A DNA stretch of 64,000 bases, from assembly GCA_963851265.1 (NCBI GenBank), contig CAWKNZ010000005.1, forward strand, positions 32,001-96,000, read 5' to 3'. The notes below the pieces were generated by a model. It had not been told where the DNA came from and ran no database searches. It was given only the letters and a program-made list of their open reading frames with translations. The translations under genes and the position numbers were made by a program. Shown here one piece after another: positions 24,294 through 34,523 of the stretch. The stretch is from an uncultured Gemmatimonadales bacterium. GTDB taxonomy: Bacteria; Gemmatimonadota; Gemmatimonadetes; Gemmatimonadales; Gemmatimonadaceae. Each line of letters starts with the position of its first letter. Position 1 is the stretch's first letter.

Positions 24294-26003
24294 TTAGGCG
24301 GCCGCGCACGCCGCGCGGCGCTCGCGCGTCCGCCGGTCGCCGGCGCGTCGGTGGCCCGCCTGCCGGTCTCCGCCTGCGCGCGCGAGGAGCGCGGCATGGT
24401 CGGCTGGGTCCAGCGTGGCGAGCGCGGTCGTACCGACGACGCGTGCGGCGTCGCGGTGTGGGGCGCTGGGGTCATCGGCGAGTAGGGCGCCCGGGAGGTT
24501 GGCGCGACGGAGTTCGCAGAGTGCGGCGTCGACTGCCGCGCGCGGGCGGCCGAGCGCACGGGCGGCGCGGTCGGCGACGTCGGTGTCGCCGAGGAGGGCG
24601 CAGAGCGCGGCGACGTGACGCGTGCGCACGGGGAGTGCGGCGATGCGGTCGTGCAGGCGCGCGGCGAGCGCGGCAGGGAGCACGCGCGTGCCTGGGCGAG
24701 CGGCGCACGCGGTCGCGAGCGCGACGACGTCGCCCGGCCGTCCGCCCGCCATGAGCGTGCACCACGCGAGGTCGTCGGCGTGCAGGGCGGTGCCGCGCGT
24801 ACGCGCGGCCGCGCGCGCGAGGGCGGCCGCGTCGTCGTCCGCGAGTACCGGAACGGGTACCACGTGCATCACGCCCCCGGGCGTGCCGAGCGTGGTTGGC
24901 GTCGACGGGACGGCGGCGAAGACGGCGAGGACTGGTGCGCCATCGAGTGCGCGGGCGACTGCCGCGGCGAGCGCGCGTTCGGACGGCGTGGCGCAGCGTG
25001 CGTCGATGGCGAGGAGGAGGGGCGATTCGGCGGCGACGGCGCGTGCGAGTTCTGCGACGGCGATGCCGAGTCGACGGATGGTGGTGTCGCCCGCGGGGAT
25101 CACCGGCGTCGTGGCGAAGCGCCGCACGACGCGTAGCGCGTCGGGGCTGCAGCCGAGCGCGCCCGGTCGGTCGAGCAGCGTGCGGACCGTGGCCGCGAGG
25201 GTGCGTGCCACGCTGGGGAGCCCGGGCGGCGCGCCGCTGACGAGCGAGAACCCGAACGTCGGCGCGGAGCGGGCGAGTTCGGCGATGACGCGGGACACCC
25301 CGGCACCGGCTGCGGCGACGAGGAGCACCGCCGAGCCGTGCCCGTCGTGTGCGGCCGCGGCGTGCGCGCCGAGCGTACGAAGGATGTCGTCGCGCCCGAC
25401 ACACGGCACGGCGTCGGGCGGCGGGGGCGCCTCGTGGACCGCAGTCATGCGAGGCAGAGTCGCGCGGGCGAGCGGGTGTCGCGGATCGAGTTCGAGCAGT
25501 GCGGCGGCGAGGGCGATGCCGTCGCGGTTCGCGGCACGGGCGTCGGCGAGTGCGCGGGCGAGAGTCGCGCGTGCGGCGGCCTCGGTCGTCGCGCGATAGC
25601 GGTCGAGCCAGGCGCGGAACGCGTCGCCGCGCGGGTTCCAGCCGGGGAGGCAGCGTCCCGCGCGTGGCGGCGCGTCGGGTCCGGCGTCACCGTCGCGCGC
25701 GGCCGACAGCGTGAGGTGCGCCGCATCGGCGGCGATCGGGACGCCGAGTCGACGGAGGCGGTAGACGAGTTGGCGGAGCGCGTGGCGGGCCGCGGGTTCG
25801 GGCAGGTCGGGCCAGAGCCACGCCGCGACGCGGGCGCGCGGCATCGGGCGTCCGGCGTCGGCCGCGAGCAGGAGCGCGAGCGAGAACAGGCGGTCACTCG
25901 CGGGGGTGAGCGTGGTCGCGCCGGTCGCGTGCGCGACGACGATGCGGCACTCGCCTAACGTGTGGAGCGTGACGCGCGCGGGCGGGGCGGCGGTGGCGGG
26001 CAT
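24294..26003 (-). CDS. SARP/BTAD-type regulator with a degenerate AAA ATPase region
   Basis: LHTLG, RARVAAWLWPD..ARHALRQLVYRLRR, LLELDP and CVGRDD. The Walker A region reads AAAGAGVSR. Confidence 0.6.
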   Translation of the reverse strand: MPATAAPPARVTLHTLGECRIVVAHATGATTLTPASDRLFSLALLLAADAGRPMPRARVAAWLWPDLPEPAARHALRQLVYRLRRLGVPIAADAAHLTLSAARDGDAGPDAPPRAGRCLPGWNPRGDAFRAWLDRYRATTEAAARATLARALADARAANRDGIALAAALLELDPRHPLARATLPRMTAVHEAPPPPDAVPCVGRDDILRTLGAHAAAAHDGHGSAVLLVAAAGAGVSRVIAELARSAPTFGFSLVSGAPPGLPSVARTLAATVRTLLDRPGALGCSPDALRVVRRFATTPVIPAGDTTIRRLGIAVAELARAVAAESPLLLAIDARCATPSERALAAAVARALDGAPVLAVFAAVPSTPTTLGTPGGVMHVVPVPVLADDDAAALARAAARTRGTALHADDLAWCTLMAGGRPGDVVALATACAARPGTRVLPAALAARLHDRIAALPVRTRHVAALCALLGDTDVADRAARALGRPRAAVDAALCELRRANLPGALLADDPSAPHRDAARVVGTTALATLDPADHAALLARAGGDRQAGHRRAGDRRTRERRAACAAA

Positions 26004-26112
26004 GCCGCATGATGGCCTGCACCGGGCCGCAGCGCCCTCACGCGGTGGGCAACGGGCGCCCGCCCTGGGGAGAAATGGCGCCGGGGGGAGCCGGCCGGGG
26101 GCGCGTGTGGCG

Positions 26113-27099
<987 letters not shown>

Positions 27100-27105
27100 G
27101 CCGGC

Positions 27106-27705
27106 CTAGCGAGCCGACGCGACGATGACCGCGCCCGCGCGCCCGGGGGCCGCGGCGACGGCGGGCTCCGCGGCCGCCGCGGGCGCGACGACGAAGTCGC
27201 TGCGGCGCACGACCGGGTGGTTGCTGCTGCGGAGCTCGGCCACGACCGCGTAGCGGCCGGGCGCTGGCGCGCGCCACTCGACCTCGTACACGACGCTGTC
27301 GCCGGCGGCGAGGAGCGTGTTCTGCAGGAGCTGCGTGTAGAGCCGCCCGCGACTCGCCCGCCACAGCTCGTGGCCGGCAGAGTCGTAGACTGCGAAGTCG
27401 CGCGTGCGGCCGTTGGGGAACTCGACCTCGAGCCGCTTGTCGCTCGCGTTGACCACGGCGAGTGCGAATCGCACCGCGGCGCTGCCGGCTGCCGTCGGCA
27501 CGACGGCGAGCGCGCCGTCAACGGCGGGCGCTCCGGGCGTATGACGGACGTGGTGCACCGGCGCGCGGCGAAGCGGCTCGCCCGCGACCGCGTGACCGAG
27601 GCGCGCGGCGTGCGCGGGCAGGCCGCTCCCGAAGTGGGGAAGCGGCCCACAGGCGAAGATCACGCCGACGGCGGCGAGGAGAAGAACGAAGATGCGTCGG
27701 TCCAT
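27106..27705 (-). CDS. Lipoprotein with a BsuPI-like (putative proteinase inhibitor) Ig domain
   Basis: Signal/lipobox IFAC. VNASDKRLEVEFPNGRTRDFAVYD..G.ELWRAS.GRLYTQ matches the BsuPI pattern. Confidence 0.7.
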   Translation of the reverse strand: MDRRIFVLLLAAVGVIFACGPLPHFGSGLPAHAARLGHAVAGEPLRRAPVHHVRHTPGAPAVDGALAVVPTAAGSAAVRFALAVVNASDKRLEVEFPNGRTRDFAVYDSAGHELWRASRGRLYTQLLQNTLLAAGDSVVYEVEWRAPAPGRYAVVAELRSSNHPVVRRSDFVVAPAAAAEPAVAAAPGRAGAVIVASAR

Positions 27706-27950
27706 CGGGCGGAGACGGCGGCGCGGGCGGGACGGCGCCTGAGACGGGCGCCGTGGCAACGCGCCGGTACAGCAGGGTCCGGAGCAATGCGCTCAGGGCA
27801 GGAAGGTGCGCGCGGCAACCTACCCCTGGACCACCGAAGCGTCAACCGCGCTGCACACGATCGAAACGACACATAAGTAACACGCGCCGCATCACTTGGC
27901 CGCGGTCCAGTAAACGCGTGTGTCCCCACGAAACGCCGCCGCGAATTCGC

Positions 27951-27978
27951 TTGCGAAAAATTTCACAAGCTCTAGATT
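27951..27978 (+). promoter_or_regulatory. Sigma70-like promoter of the atp operon overlapped by a Rex-type operator
   Basis: TTGCGA-16 nt-TAGATT. Positions 27951-27968 read TTGCGAA-AAAT-TTCACAA, one mismatch to the Rex consensus TTGTGAA-N4-TTCACAA. Confidence 0.7.
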
Positions 27979-27988
27979 CTCGGCCGCG

Positions 27989-28288
27989 ATGACGCCTGAC
28001 GACGGTAGGACGCGCGACGAGCGCCGCGCATCCCGCCCATCGAGCGGACGGTCGACCGGAAGGTCCACGGAGGGCCCGTCCGCGGCGGCGTTCGCCGGCG
28101 TCGGGCTACAGCTCGGGATGACGCTCGCGCTCTTCGCCTGGCTCGGCACGTGGCTCGATCGCAAGCTCGGGACGGGCCCGTGGCTGTTGCTCGTGTGCGT
28201 GTTCGTCGGCGCGGGGGCAGGATTCTACAGTATTTACCGGCGCGTGATCGGGTCGGGACGTACGGCCCCGACCCGCCGCGAGCCGTGA
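27989..28288 (+). CDS. AtpZ/AtpI family protein
   Basis: GTWLDRKLGTGPWLLLVCVFVG..AGF. First gene of the atp operon. Confidence 0.85.
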   Translation: MTPDDGRTRDERRASRPSSGRSTGRSTEGPSAAAFAGVGLQLGMTLALFAWLGTWLDRKLGTGPWLLLVCVFVGAGAGFYSIYRRVIGSGRTAPTRREP

Positions 28289-28677
28289 CGACGTCAGACG
28301 GCGTGCGTTCACCGGCGGCCCGACTCGCACCGGCCGCGCTCGCGCGGTCGCTCGGTTTCACGCTCGGCGCGGTCGTCGTCGCCGGCGTGCTGCTCCGGCT
28401 CGTCTTTCGCGGGCCCGGCGCGGCGCCCGCGATCGCGACCAGCGCTGCCGTTGCAGTCGTCGTGCAGTTGCTCAGCTTCATCGGCGCGCGCGCCGCGCCG
28501 CCGCGCCAGGTCCTCGCGGTTTGGATCGCGGGCGCGTTCGTCCGGCTCGTCACGCTCGTGGTCTACGCGCTCGGCGTCGTCCGGTTCCTCGGCTTCCCGC
28601 CGGCGCCGGCACTGCTGAGTCTCGCGACCTTCTTCTTCGTCACCACCCTCGCCGAATCCCGGCTGCACCTTCGCTGA
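28285..28677 (+). CDS. ATP synthase protein I-like 4-TM protein
   Basis: Four TM segments between the atpZ-like gene and atpB, with a GTGA overlap. Confidence 0.65.
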   Translation: MTTSDGVRSPAARLAPAALARSLGFTLGAVVVAGVLLRLVFRGPGAAPAIATSAAVAVVVQLLSFIGARAAPPRQVLAVWIAGAFVRLVTLVVYALGVVRFLGFPPAPALLSLATFFFVTTLAESRLHLR

Positions 28678-28689
28678 GTCGCACCAACG

Positions 28690-29823
28690 ATGACACGCCA
28701 TAGCCGCCGGACGCTGACCGGTTCGATGCGCGCCTTCGTCGCCGCCCTCGGCGCGGCCCTCGCGCTCGCGACCGCGCCGCTGGTCGCGCCGCTGGCCGCC
28801 CAGACGGCGGCCGGCCCCGCCGCCGGCGACACGACGCACCGCACGGCCGCCGTCGACGCGGCCGCCGAGCGCAGCCTGGTGGGGGACTCGGCCGGCTTCC
28901 GGTCGGGGCACCAGAACGCGACGACGGGCGAGGCGCACGGCACGGCGGCCGGGAACGCCGGCGCGCACGGCCGGGCCGAGGGCGGCGACATCATCATGCC
29001 GCACATCACGGACTCGCACCACGTCGAGCTGCCGTTCGTCCCCTGCGGCCACCTCACGTGCGAGGTCGACCTGCCGCGCGTCGCGCCGGTACAGCTGGGC
29101 GGGGTCTCGATCGACCTCTCGCCCACCAAGCACGTCGTGATGCTGCTCATCGCCTCGCTGCTCTGCCTGGTGACGCTGCTCACGGCGTCGCGGTCGAAGG
29201 GGCGCGTCCTGGGCGCCGGCGCGCGCCGCGGCGGGCTCGCGTCGGGCCTCGAGGCGGTGGTGCTCTACGTGCGCGACGAGGTCATCCTCAGCAACGTCGG
29301 GCCGCACGGCGAGGGCTTCGCGCCCTTCCTGCTGACGATGTTCTTCTTCCTCGTCTTCGCGAACGTGCTCGGGCTCATCCCGTACGGCGCGACGGCCACG
29401 GGCAACATCTCGGTGACCGCGATGCTGGCGATCATCTCGTTCTTCGTCATCGAGCTCGCCGGCATCCGCGCGCTCGGGAAGGACTACATCGGGACCATCC
29501 TCTACTGGCCGAGCGACATGAAGTTCGGCGCGATGAAGATCTTCCTCGCGCTGATCCTCTCGCCGGTAGAGCTGCTCGGCAAGTTCACGAAGCCCTTCGC
29601 GCTCGCGATCCGCCTCTTCGCCAACATGACCGCGGGGCACGTCGTCGTGCTCGCGTTCATCGGGATGATCTTCACCTTCGGCAGCTACCTCGTGGCGATC
29701 GGGCCGGTGCTCATGGCGCTCGGGATCATGCTGCTCGAGGTGTTCGTGGCGCTCGTGCAGGCCTACATCTTCACGCTGCTCGTGAGCGTGTTCATCGGCC
29801 AGCTGCGTGAGGCGCACCACTAG
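28690..29823 (+). CDS. atpB: F0 ATP synthase subunit a
   Basis: TATGNISVT, FALAIRLFANMTAGH and LVQAYIFTLL. Start may be 28690 or 28726. Confidence 0.95.
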   Translation: MTRHSRRTLTGSMRAFVAALGAALALATAPLVAPLAAQTAAGPAAGDTTHRTAAVDAAAERSLVGDSAGFRSGHQNATTGEAHGTAAGNAGAHGRAEGGDIIMPHITDSHHVELPFVPCGHLTCEVDLPRVAPVQLGGVSIDLSPTKHVVMLLIASLLCLVTLLTASRSKGRVLGAGARRGGLASGLEAVVLYVRDEVILSNVGPHGEGFAPFLLTMFFFLVFANVLGLIPYGATATGNISVTAMLAIISFFVIELAGIRALGKDYIGTILYWPSDMKFGAMKIFLALILSPVELLGKFTKPFALAIRLFANMTAGHVVVLAFIGMIFTFGSYLVAIGPVLMALGIMLLEVFVALVQAYIFTLLVSVFIGQLREAHH

Positions 29824-29987
29824 TCGTTAGGCAGTTCGCGCGGCGGGGCTCGCCCCACCGCCGCGCGGGTACCCGGCCGAGCGGCCGGGGACGTCCGTTG
29901 TCCACATGCCGGACGCCGACGGACGGCGCGGTGACCACGTCGCCGACGCGGGGACGGCACGACCACGCACCACACCCTGACTCGACA

Positions 29988-30278
29988 ATGCTCGCTCTTC
30001 TCCAGGCGGCTCAGACCACCACCGCCACTGTAGGAAACGCCGGTTACGCCGGCGCGTGGGGCCTCATGGGCGCCGGCATCGGCGCCGGCCTCGCCGTCAT
30101 CGGCGCGGGCCTCGGCATCGGCCGCATCGGCGGCCAGGCCGCCGAGGGCATCGCGCGCCAGCCCGAGGCGACCGCCGACATCCGCGGGACCGCGATCGTG
30201 CTCTCCGCGTTCGTCGAGGGCGCGGCGCTGTTCGCGATCGTCGTGTCGCTGCTCATCTCGCTGAAGTTCAGCTTCTAA
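29988..30278 (+). CDS. atpE: F0 ATP synthase subunit c
   Basis: GAGLGIG, IARQPE loop and AFVEG (conserved Glu). Confidence 0.95.
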   Translation: MLALLQAAQTTTATVGNAGYAGAWGLMGAGIGAGLAVIGAGLGIGRIGGQAAEGIARQPEATADIRGTAIVLSAFVEGAALFAIVVSLLISLKFSF

Positions 30279-30354
30279 GCGTCGCGCTCTTCGTTCGGAC
30301 CTGGCGTCCGGCCGGCTTCGCGGCCGGCCGGCGCCGTCCCCCTTTCTCTTCGCC

Positions 30355-31026
30355 ATGCGCCGTTCTGTCCACCCTGTTGCCGCGCGCGTGATCGCGGCTG
30401 CGCCGTTCGTGGCCGCGCCGTTGTTCGCCGTGCCGTCGCCCGCCGCCGCGCAGGAACTCGCCGAGAAGACGCCCGGCCTCATGTCGCCCAACCCGGGCCT
30501 CATGATCTGGACGCTCGTCATCTTCGGGCTGCTGTTCTTCGTGCTGCGCCGCTACGCGTTCCCGCCGATCCTCGGTGCGGTCGAGGCGCGCGAGCGCGCG
30601 CTCGAAGAGGCGATCGAGGGCGCCAAGCGCGACCGCGCCGCGGCCGCGGAGCTCCTCGCCAAGCAGCAGGCCGCGCTCGACGCGTCGCGCCAGGAGGCGC
30701 AGCAGCTCCTCGCGCAGGCGCACACCGCGGCCGAGCGCACGCGCGCCGACGCGCTGGAGCAGACGCGCGTGCAGCAGGAAGAGCTGCTCGCCCGCGCGCG
30801 CCGCGAGATCGACGCCGACCGCCTGCGCGCGATCGCCGACCTGCGCCGCGAGGCGGTCGACCTCGCGCTCGCCGGCGCGACGAAGGTGATCGGCCGTAGC
30901 CTCGACGACGCGGGCAACCGCCGTCTGGTCGAAGACTTCCTCTCGACGATCCCGGCGCCCCCGTCGCTGGCCGCCGCCGACGGCGCGGCCGGGTCGCAGG
31001 GCGCGGGGGCGCGGGCGCCGCAATGA
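30355..31026 (+). CDS. atpF: F0 ATP synthase subunit b
   Basis: PGLMIWTLVIF TM helix, FPPILGAVEARE and a long coiled coil. Confidence 0.92.
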   Translation: MRRSVHPVAARVIAAAPFVAAPLFAVPSPAAAQELAEKTPGLMSPNPGLMIWTLVIFGLLFFVLRRYAFPPILGAVEARERALEEAIEGAKRDRAAAAELLAKQQAALDASRQEAQQLLAQAHTAAERTRADALEQTRVQQEELLARARREIDADRLRAIADLRREAVDLALAGATKVIGRSLDDAGNRRLVEDFLSTIPAPPSLAAADGAAGSQGAGARAPQ

Positions 31027-31676
31027 CCGGCCCTGCGGTCGCGTCGTCGGACGGCGCGCAGGTTCGCCCCGCCGGTGCCGACGCGCGCGCCGTGCAGACG
31101 CCGAGCCCCGAGCTCGGCGCCTCGTCGCGCGCGGCCACGGTGTCGCGCAACTACGCCGAGACCCTGCTCCTGCTCGCCCGCCGCGCGGGCGACGTCGCGG
31201 GGTGGGGGCGCATGGCGCAGGAGGTCGTCGACGCGACCAACGCCGACCCGCGTCTGCGCACCTTTCTCGAGTCGCCGCGCATCGCGGCCGAGCACAAGAC
31301 CGAGATGCTCGGGCGCGCGCTGCAGGACCGCTACCCGCGGCTGTTCGTGCGCTTTTTCCAGACCCTCGTGACCAAGGGGCGGCAGCGCCTGCTCGCCGAG
31401 ATCGTGGCCGAGTACCAGGCCCTCGTCGACGAGGCCGAGGGGCGGGTGCACGCGCGCGTGACGCTCGCGACGGCCCCGAGCGAGGCCGACCAGGCGGCGC
31501 TTGCCGCGTCACTCTCGCGGGTGTTAGGCAAACAGGTGGTGCCGCACGTCAGAGTGGACCCCGCGATCCTCGGCGGCGTGATCGTCCGCGTCGGCGACTC
31601 CGTGATGGACGGCTCGGTGCGCCGGCGCCTCGCGACGCTCCGGCGGTCGCTCCTGCGGCAGGCGGCGGTTCGGTAA
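31023..31676 (+). CDS. atpH: F1 ATP synthase subunit delta
   Basis: SRNYAETL and VDPAILGGVIVRVGDSVMDGSVRRRL. Confidence 0.92.
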   Translation: MTGPAVASSDGAQVRPAGADARAVQTPSPELGASSRAATVSRNYAETLLLLARRAGDVAGWGRMAQEVVDATNADPRLRTFLESPRIAAEHKTEMLGRALQDRYPRLFVRFFQTLVTKGRQRLLAEIVAEYQALVDEAEGRVHARVTLATAPSEADQAALAASLSRVLGKQVVPHVRVDPAILGGVIVRVGDSVMDGSVRRRLATLRRSLLRQAAVR

Positions 31677-31695
31677 CCGCAGCGCGGCAGGCCCC

Positions 31696-31740
31696 GCGGG
31701 CCCGGCACTCCCCCGAGTGCCGGGCCCGCAGTCGTTTGTT
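31696..31740 (+). terminator. Probable terminator after atpH
   Basis: Perfect 15-bp stem GCGGGCCCGGCACTC-CCCC-GAGTGCCGGGCCCGC followed by AGTCGTTTGTT. Confidence 0.65.
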
Positions 31741-31860
31741 CCCCGGCCGCCGCGTGCGCCGCGGCGCACAACATGCGCGGGACCGGGGCTCGCGCGTCCG
31801 GACGGTGTGGGCGCGCCCGCGACAGCACCGCTCACCGCAGGACCGACACGGACGGCACGC

Positions 31861-32832
31861 ATGCGACTCGGAATGGTAGGACTCGGCCGGATGGGCGCGA
31901 ACATGACGACGCGCCTCATCCAGGGTGGGCATCAAGTGGTGGTCTACGACCGCGATCCTGCGGCAGTGGCCAAGAGCGCCCAGGGCGGCGCCGACGGGGC
32001 CGAATCGCTCGACGCGTTTCTCGCGAAGATCGGGCAGCCCGGCGCCGGCCCGCGGGTGGCGTGGGTCATGGTGCCGGCCGGTCCGCCGACGGACGAGACC
32101 ATCAGCGCGCTCATGGCCCACATGACCGCCGGCGACATCATCATCGACGGCGGCAACAGCAACTACCAGGACTCGATCCGCCGCGCCCAGGCGTGCGCGG
32201 AAAAGGGCGTGCGCTTTCTCGACTCGGGCACGAGCGGCGGCGTCTGGGGCCTCAAGGAGGGCTACGCGCTCATGATCGGCGGCGACGCCGACGCGGTCGA
32301 GACGGCGCGCCCGATCTTCGAGACGCTCGCCCCCGCGCCCGACAAGGGGTGGGGCCACATGGGCCCGGCGGGCTCCGGGCACTTCGTGAAGATGATCCAC
32401 AACGGCATCGAGTACGGCCTCATGCAGGCGTACGCCGAAGGGTTCGCGATCATGCGGCACAAGAAAGACTTCGGCGGCACGGCCGCTGAGCTCGACCTCG
32501 CCAACATCGCCGAACTGTGGCGGTACGGGTCGGTCGTTCGCTCGTGGTTGCTCGACCTGACCGCGATCGCGCTCAAGGACAACCCCCAGATGCAGGGTAT
32601 CGCGCCCTTCGTCGCGGACTCGGGGGAGGGGCGGTGGACGGTGGCCGAGGCGCTCGCGCTCGACGTGCCGGCGCCGATCATCACCGGGTCGCTCATCGCG
32701 CGGCTGCGCTCGCGTGACGCGGAGGGGTACACCGAACGGCTACTCTCGGCCATGCGCAACCAGTTCGGCGGGCACGCGATCAAGCACGAGGACGCCGCGG
32801 CTTCGGCCGCGCAGACCGGAGGTGCCGCGTGA
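31861..32832 (+). CDS. gnd: 6-phosphogluconate dehydrogenase (decarboxylating, short type)
   Basis: GMVGLGRMG, IDGGNS, GTSGGVWG, GHFVKMIHNGIEYG and DSGEGRWT. Confidence 0.93.
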   Translation: MRLGMVGLGRMGANMTTRLIQGGHQVVVYDRDPAAVAKSAQGGADGAESLDAFLAKIGQPGAGPRVAWVMVPAGPPTDETISALMAHMTAGDIIIDGGNSNYQDSIRRAQACAEKGVRFLDSGTSGGVWGLKEGYALMIGGDADAVETARPIFETLAPAPDKGWGHMGPAGSGHFVKMIHNGIEYGLMQAYAEGFAIMRHKKDFGGTAAELDLANIAELWRYGSVVRSWLLDLTAIALKDNPQMQGIAPFVADSGEGRWTVAEALALDVPAPIITGSLIARLRSRDAEGYTERLLSAMRNQFGGHAIKHEDAAASAAQTGGAA

Positions 32833-34523
32833 GCGACGCGCCGCCGACCAACGGACAGCACGGGGCGGGGAAGGACGGCGCCGGGAAGGACGGCGCCCCG
32901 AACGGCTCGTCGCCGTCCCCGGCCGAACACCCGGCATCGGCCACGGCCCTCGCGGCGACCGCGAACACGCCGTCGGCCGTATCGGCCGTCGCCACCACCG
33001 CCCAGAACGCGGGCGGCGGCCGAGTGGCGGACGCGCCCGACCCGAGCGTGTTCATCATCTTCGGCGCGACGGGTGACCTCGCGAAGCGCAAGATCCTGCC
33101 GGCGCTGTGGCAGCTCTTCTCACAGGGCGCGACCGCGGCCGGGTGCGCGATCATCGGCACGAGCCGCGACGCGACCATCGACGACGCGAAGTACCGGGAC
33201 ATCGTCGTCGACGCGGTCGCGTCCGCGCACAAGGCGGCGGACGCGGGCAAGCTGCGCGCGTGGGCCGACAAGTGGGTGTTCTTCCAGCCGGCCGACCGCG
33301 ACCTCAACCCGCTCAAGGCGCGCATCGAGGAGGTGGAGAAATCGTTAGGCCTCCCCGGCAACCGCGCCTTCTACCTCTCGCTGCCGCCGGCCGTGTTCCC
33401 GCCGACGGTCGAACACCTCGGCGAGATCGGACTGAACCGCGGCCCGGCGGGCACGTGGACGCGCATCATCATCGAGAAGCCGTTCGGGCGCGACCTCGCG
33501 ACGGCGCGCGCGCTCAACGAACTCGTGCACCGCAACTTCGACGAACACCAGGTCTACCGGATCGACCACTACCTCGGCAAAGAGACCGTGCAGAACCTGC
33601 TGGTCTTCCGCTTCGCGAACGCCATGTTCGAGAGCGTGTGGGACCGCGACCACGTCGAGAGCGTGATGATCACGGTGGCGGAGGAGTTGGGGCTGGAATC
33701 GCGCGCGAGCTACTACGAGACCGCCGGCGCCCTGCGCGACATGGTGCAGAGCCACCTCACGCAGCTGCTCACGCTCGTCGCGATGGAGGTGCCCGCGGCG
33801 ATGGACGCCGACAGCATCCGCGCGGAGAAGCTCAAGGTCATCCGCTCCGTCCGGCCGCTCTCCGCGGAGGACGCGGTGCTCGGGCAGTACGAGGCCGGCG
33901 ACGTGAACGGCACGCCGGTGCCGTCGTACCGCGAGGAACCGGGCGTCGCCCCGGATTCGCGCACCGACACGTTCGCCGCGCTCAAGCTGAACGTCGAGAA
34001 CTGGCGGTGGCAGGGCGTGCCGTTCTACCTGCGCACGGGAAAGCGGCTGCCCAAGCGCCTCACCGAGATCGAGATCAAGTTCCGCCGCGCGCCGGTGTGG
34101 ATGTTCCGCGGCCAGGCGTCGCAGCAGGACGCGCCCGGGGCGGAGCTGCACCGCAACACGCTGCTCGTCACGCTGCAGCCCGACGAGGGCTTCTCGCTCT
34201 ACTTCGACGTGAAGGCGCCGGGCGATCCGTTCCGGATCAAGCGGCTGCCGCTGCACTTCAACTACGCCGAGGCGTTCGCGGGTTCGCCCGAGGCGTACGA
34301 GACGCTGATGCGCGACGTGCTGGTCGGCGACCAGACGCTGTTCGTGCACGCGGCGGAGGTCGAGGCGAGCTGGGCGCTTTACGCGCCGCTGCTGGACGGG
34401 CGGCGGGCCGTGTACCCGTACGCGGCGGGCACGTGGGGGCCGGCGGAGGCCGCGCACCTGACGTCGCACACGCCGCCGGTGACGGCCGGGGCGGCCACGG
34501 ACCAGCCGATGGTGATGCGGTGA
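32829..34523 (+). CDS. zwf: Glucose-6-phosphate 1-dehydrogenase
   Basis: FGATGDLA, IEKPFG, YRIDHYLGKETVQN and WQGVPFYLRTGKRL. Confidence 0.96.
   Translation: MSDAPPTNGQHGAGKDGAGKDGAPNGSSPSPAEHPASATALAATANTPSAVSAVATTAQNAGGGRVADAPDPSVFIIFGATGDLAKRKILPALWQLFSQGATAAGCAIIGTSRDATIDDAKYRDIVVDAVASAHKAADAGKLRAWADKWVFFQPADRDLNPLKARIEEVEKSLGLPGNRAFYLSLPPAVFPPTVEHLGEIGLNRGPAGTWTRIIIEKPFGRDLATARALNELVHRNFDEHQVYRIDHYLGKETVQNLLVFRFANAMFESVWDRDHVESVMITVAEELGLESRASYYETAGALRDMVQSHLTQLLTLVAMEVPAAMDADSIRAEKLKVIRSVRPLSAEDAVLGQYEAGDVNGTPVPSYREEPGVAPDSRTDTFAALKLNVENWRWQGVPFYLRTGKRLPKRLTEIEIKFRRAPVWMFRGQASQQDAPGAELHRNTLLVTLQPDEGFSLYFDVKAPGDPFRIKRLPLHFNYAEAFAGSPEAYETLMRDVLVGDQTLFVHAAEVEASWALYAPLLDGRRAVYPYAAGTWGPAEAAHLTSHTPPVTAGAATDQPMVMR

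Noticed and set aside
29988..30278. Na+-translocating ATP synthase
   Set aside because: Subunit c has VEG rather than the ES/ET plus Gln sodium-binding signature, consistent with proton coupling.
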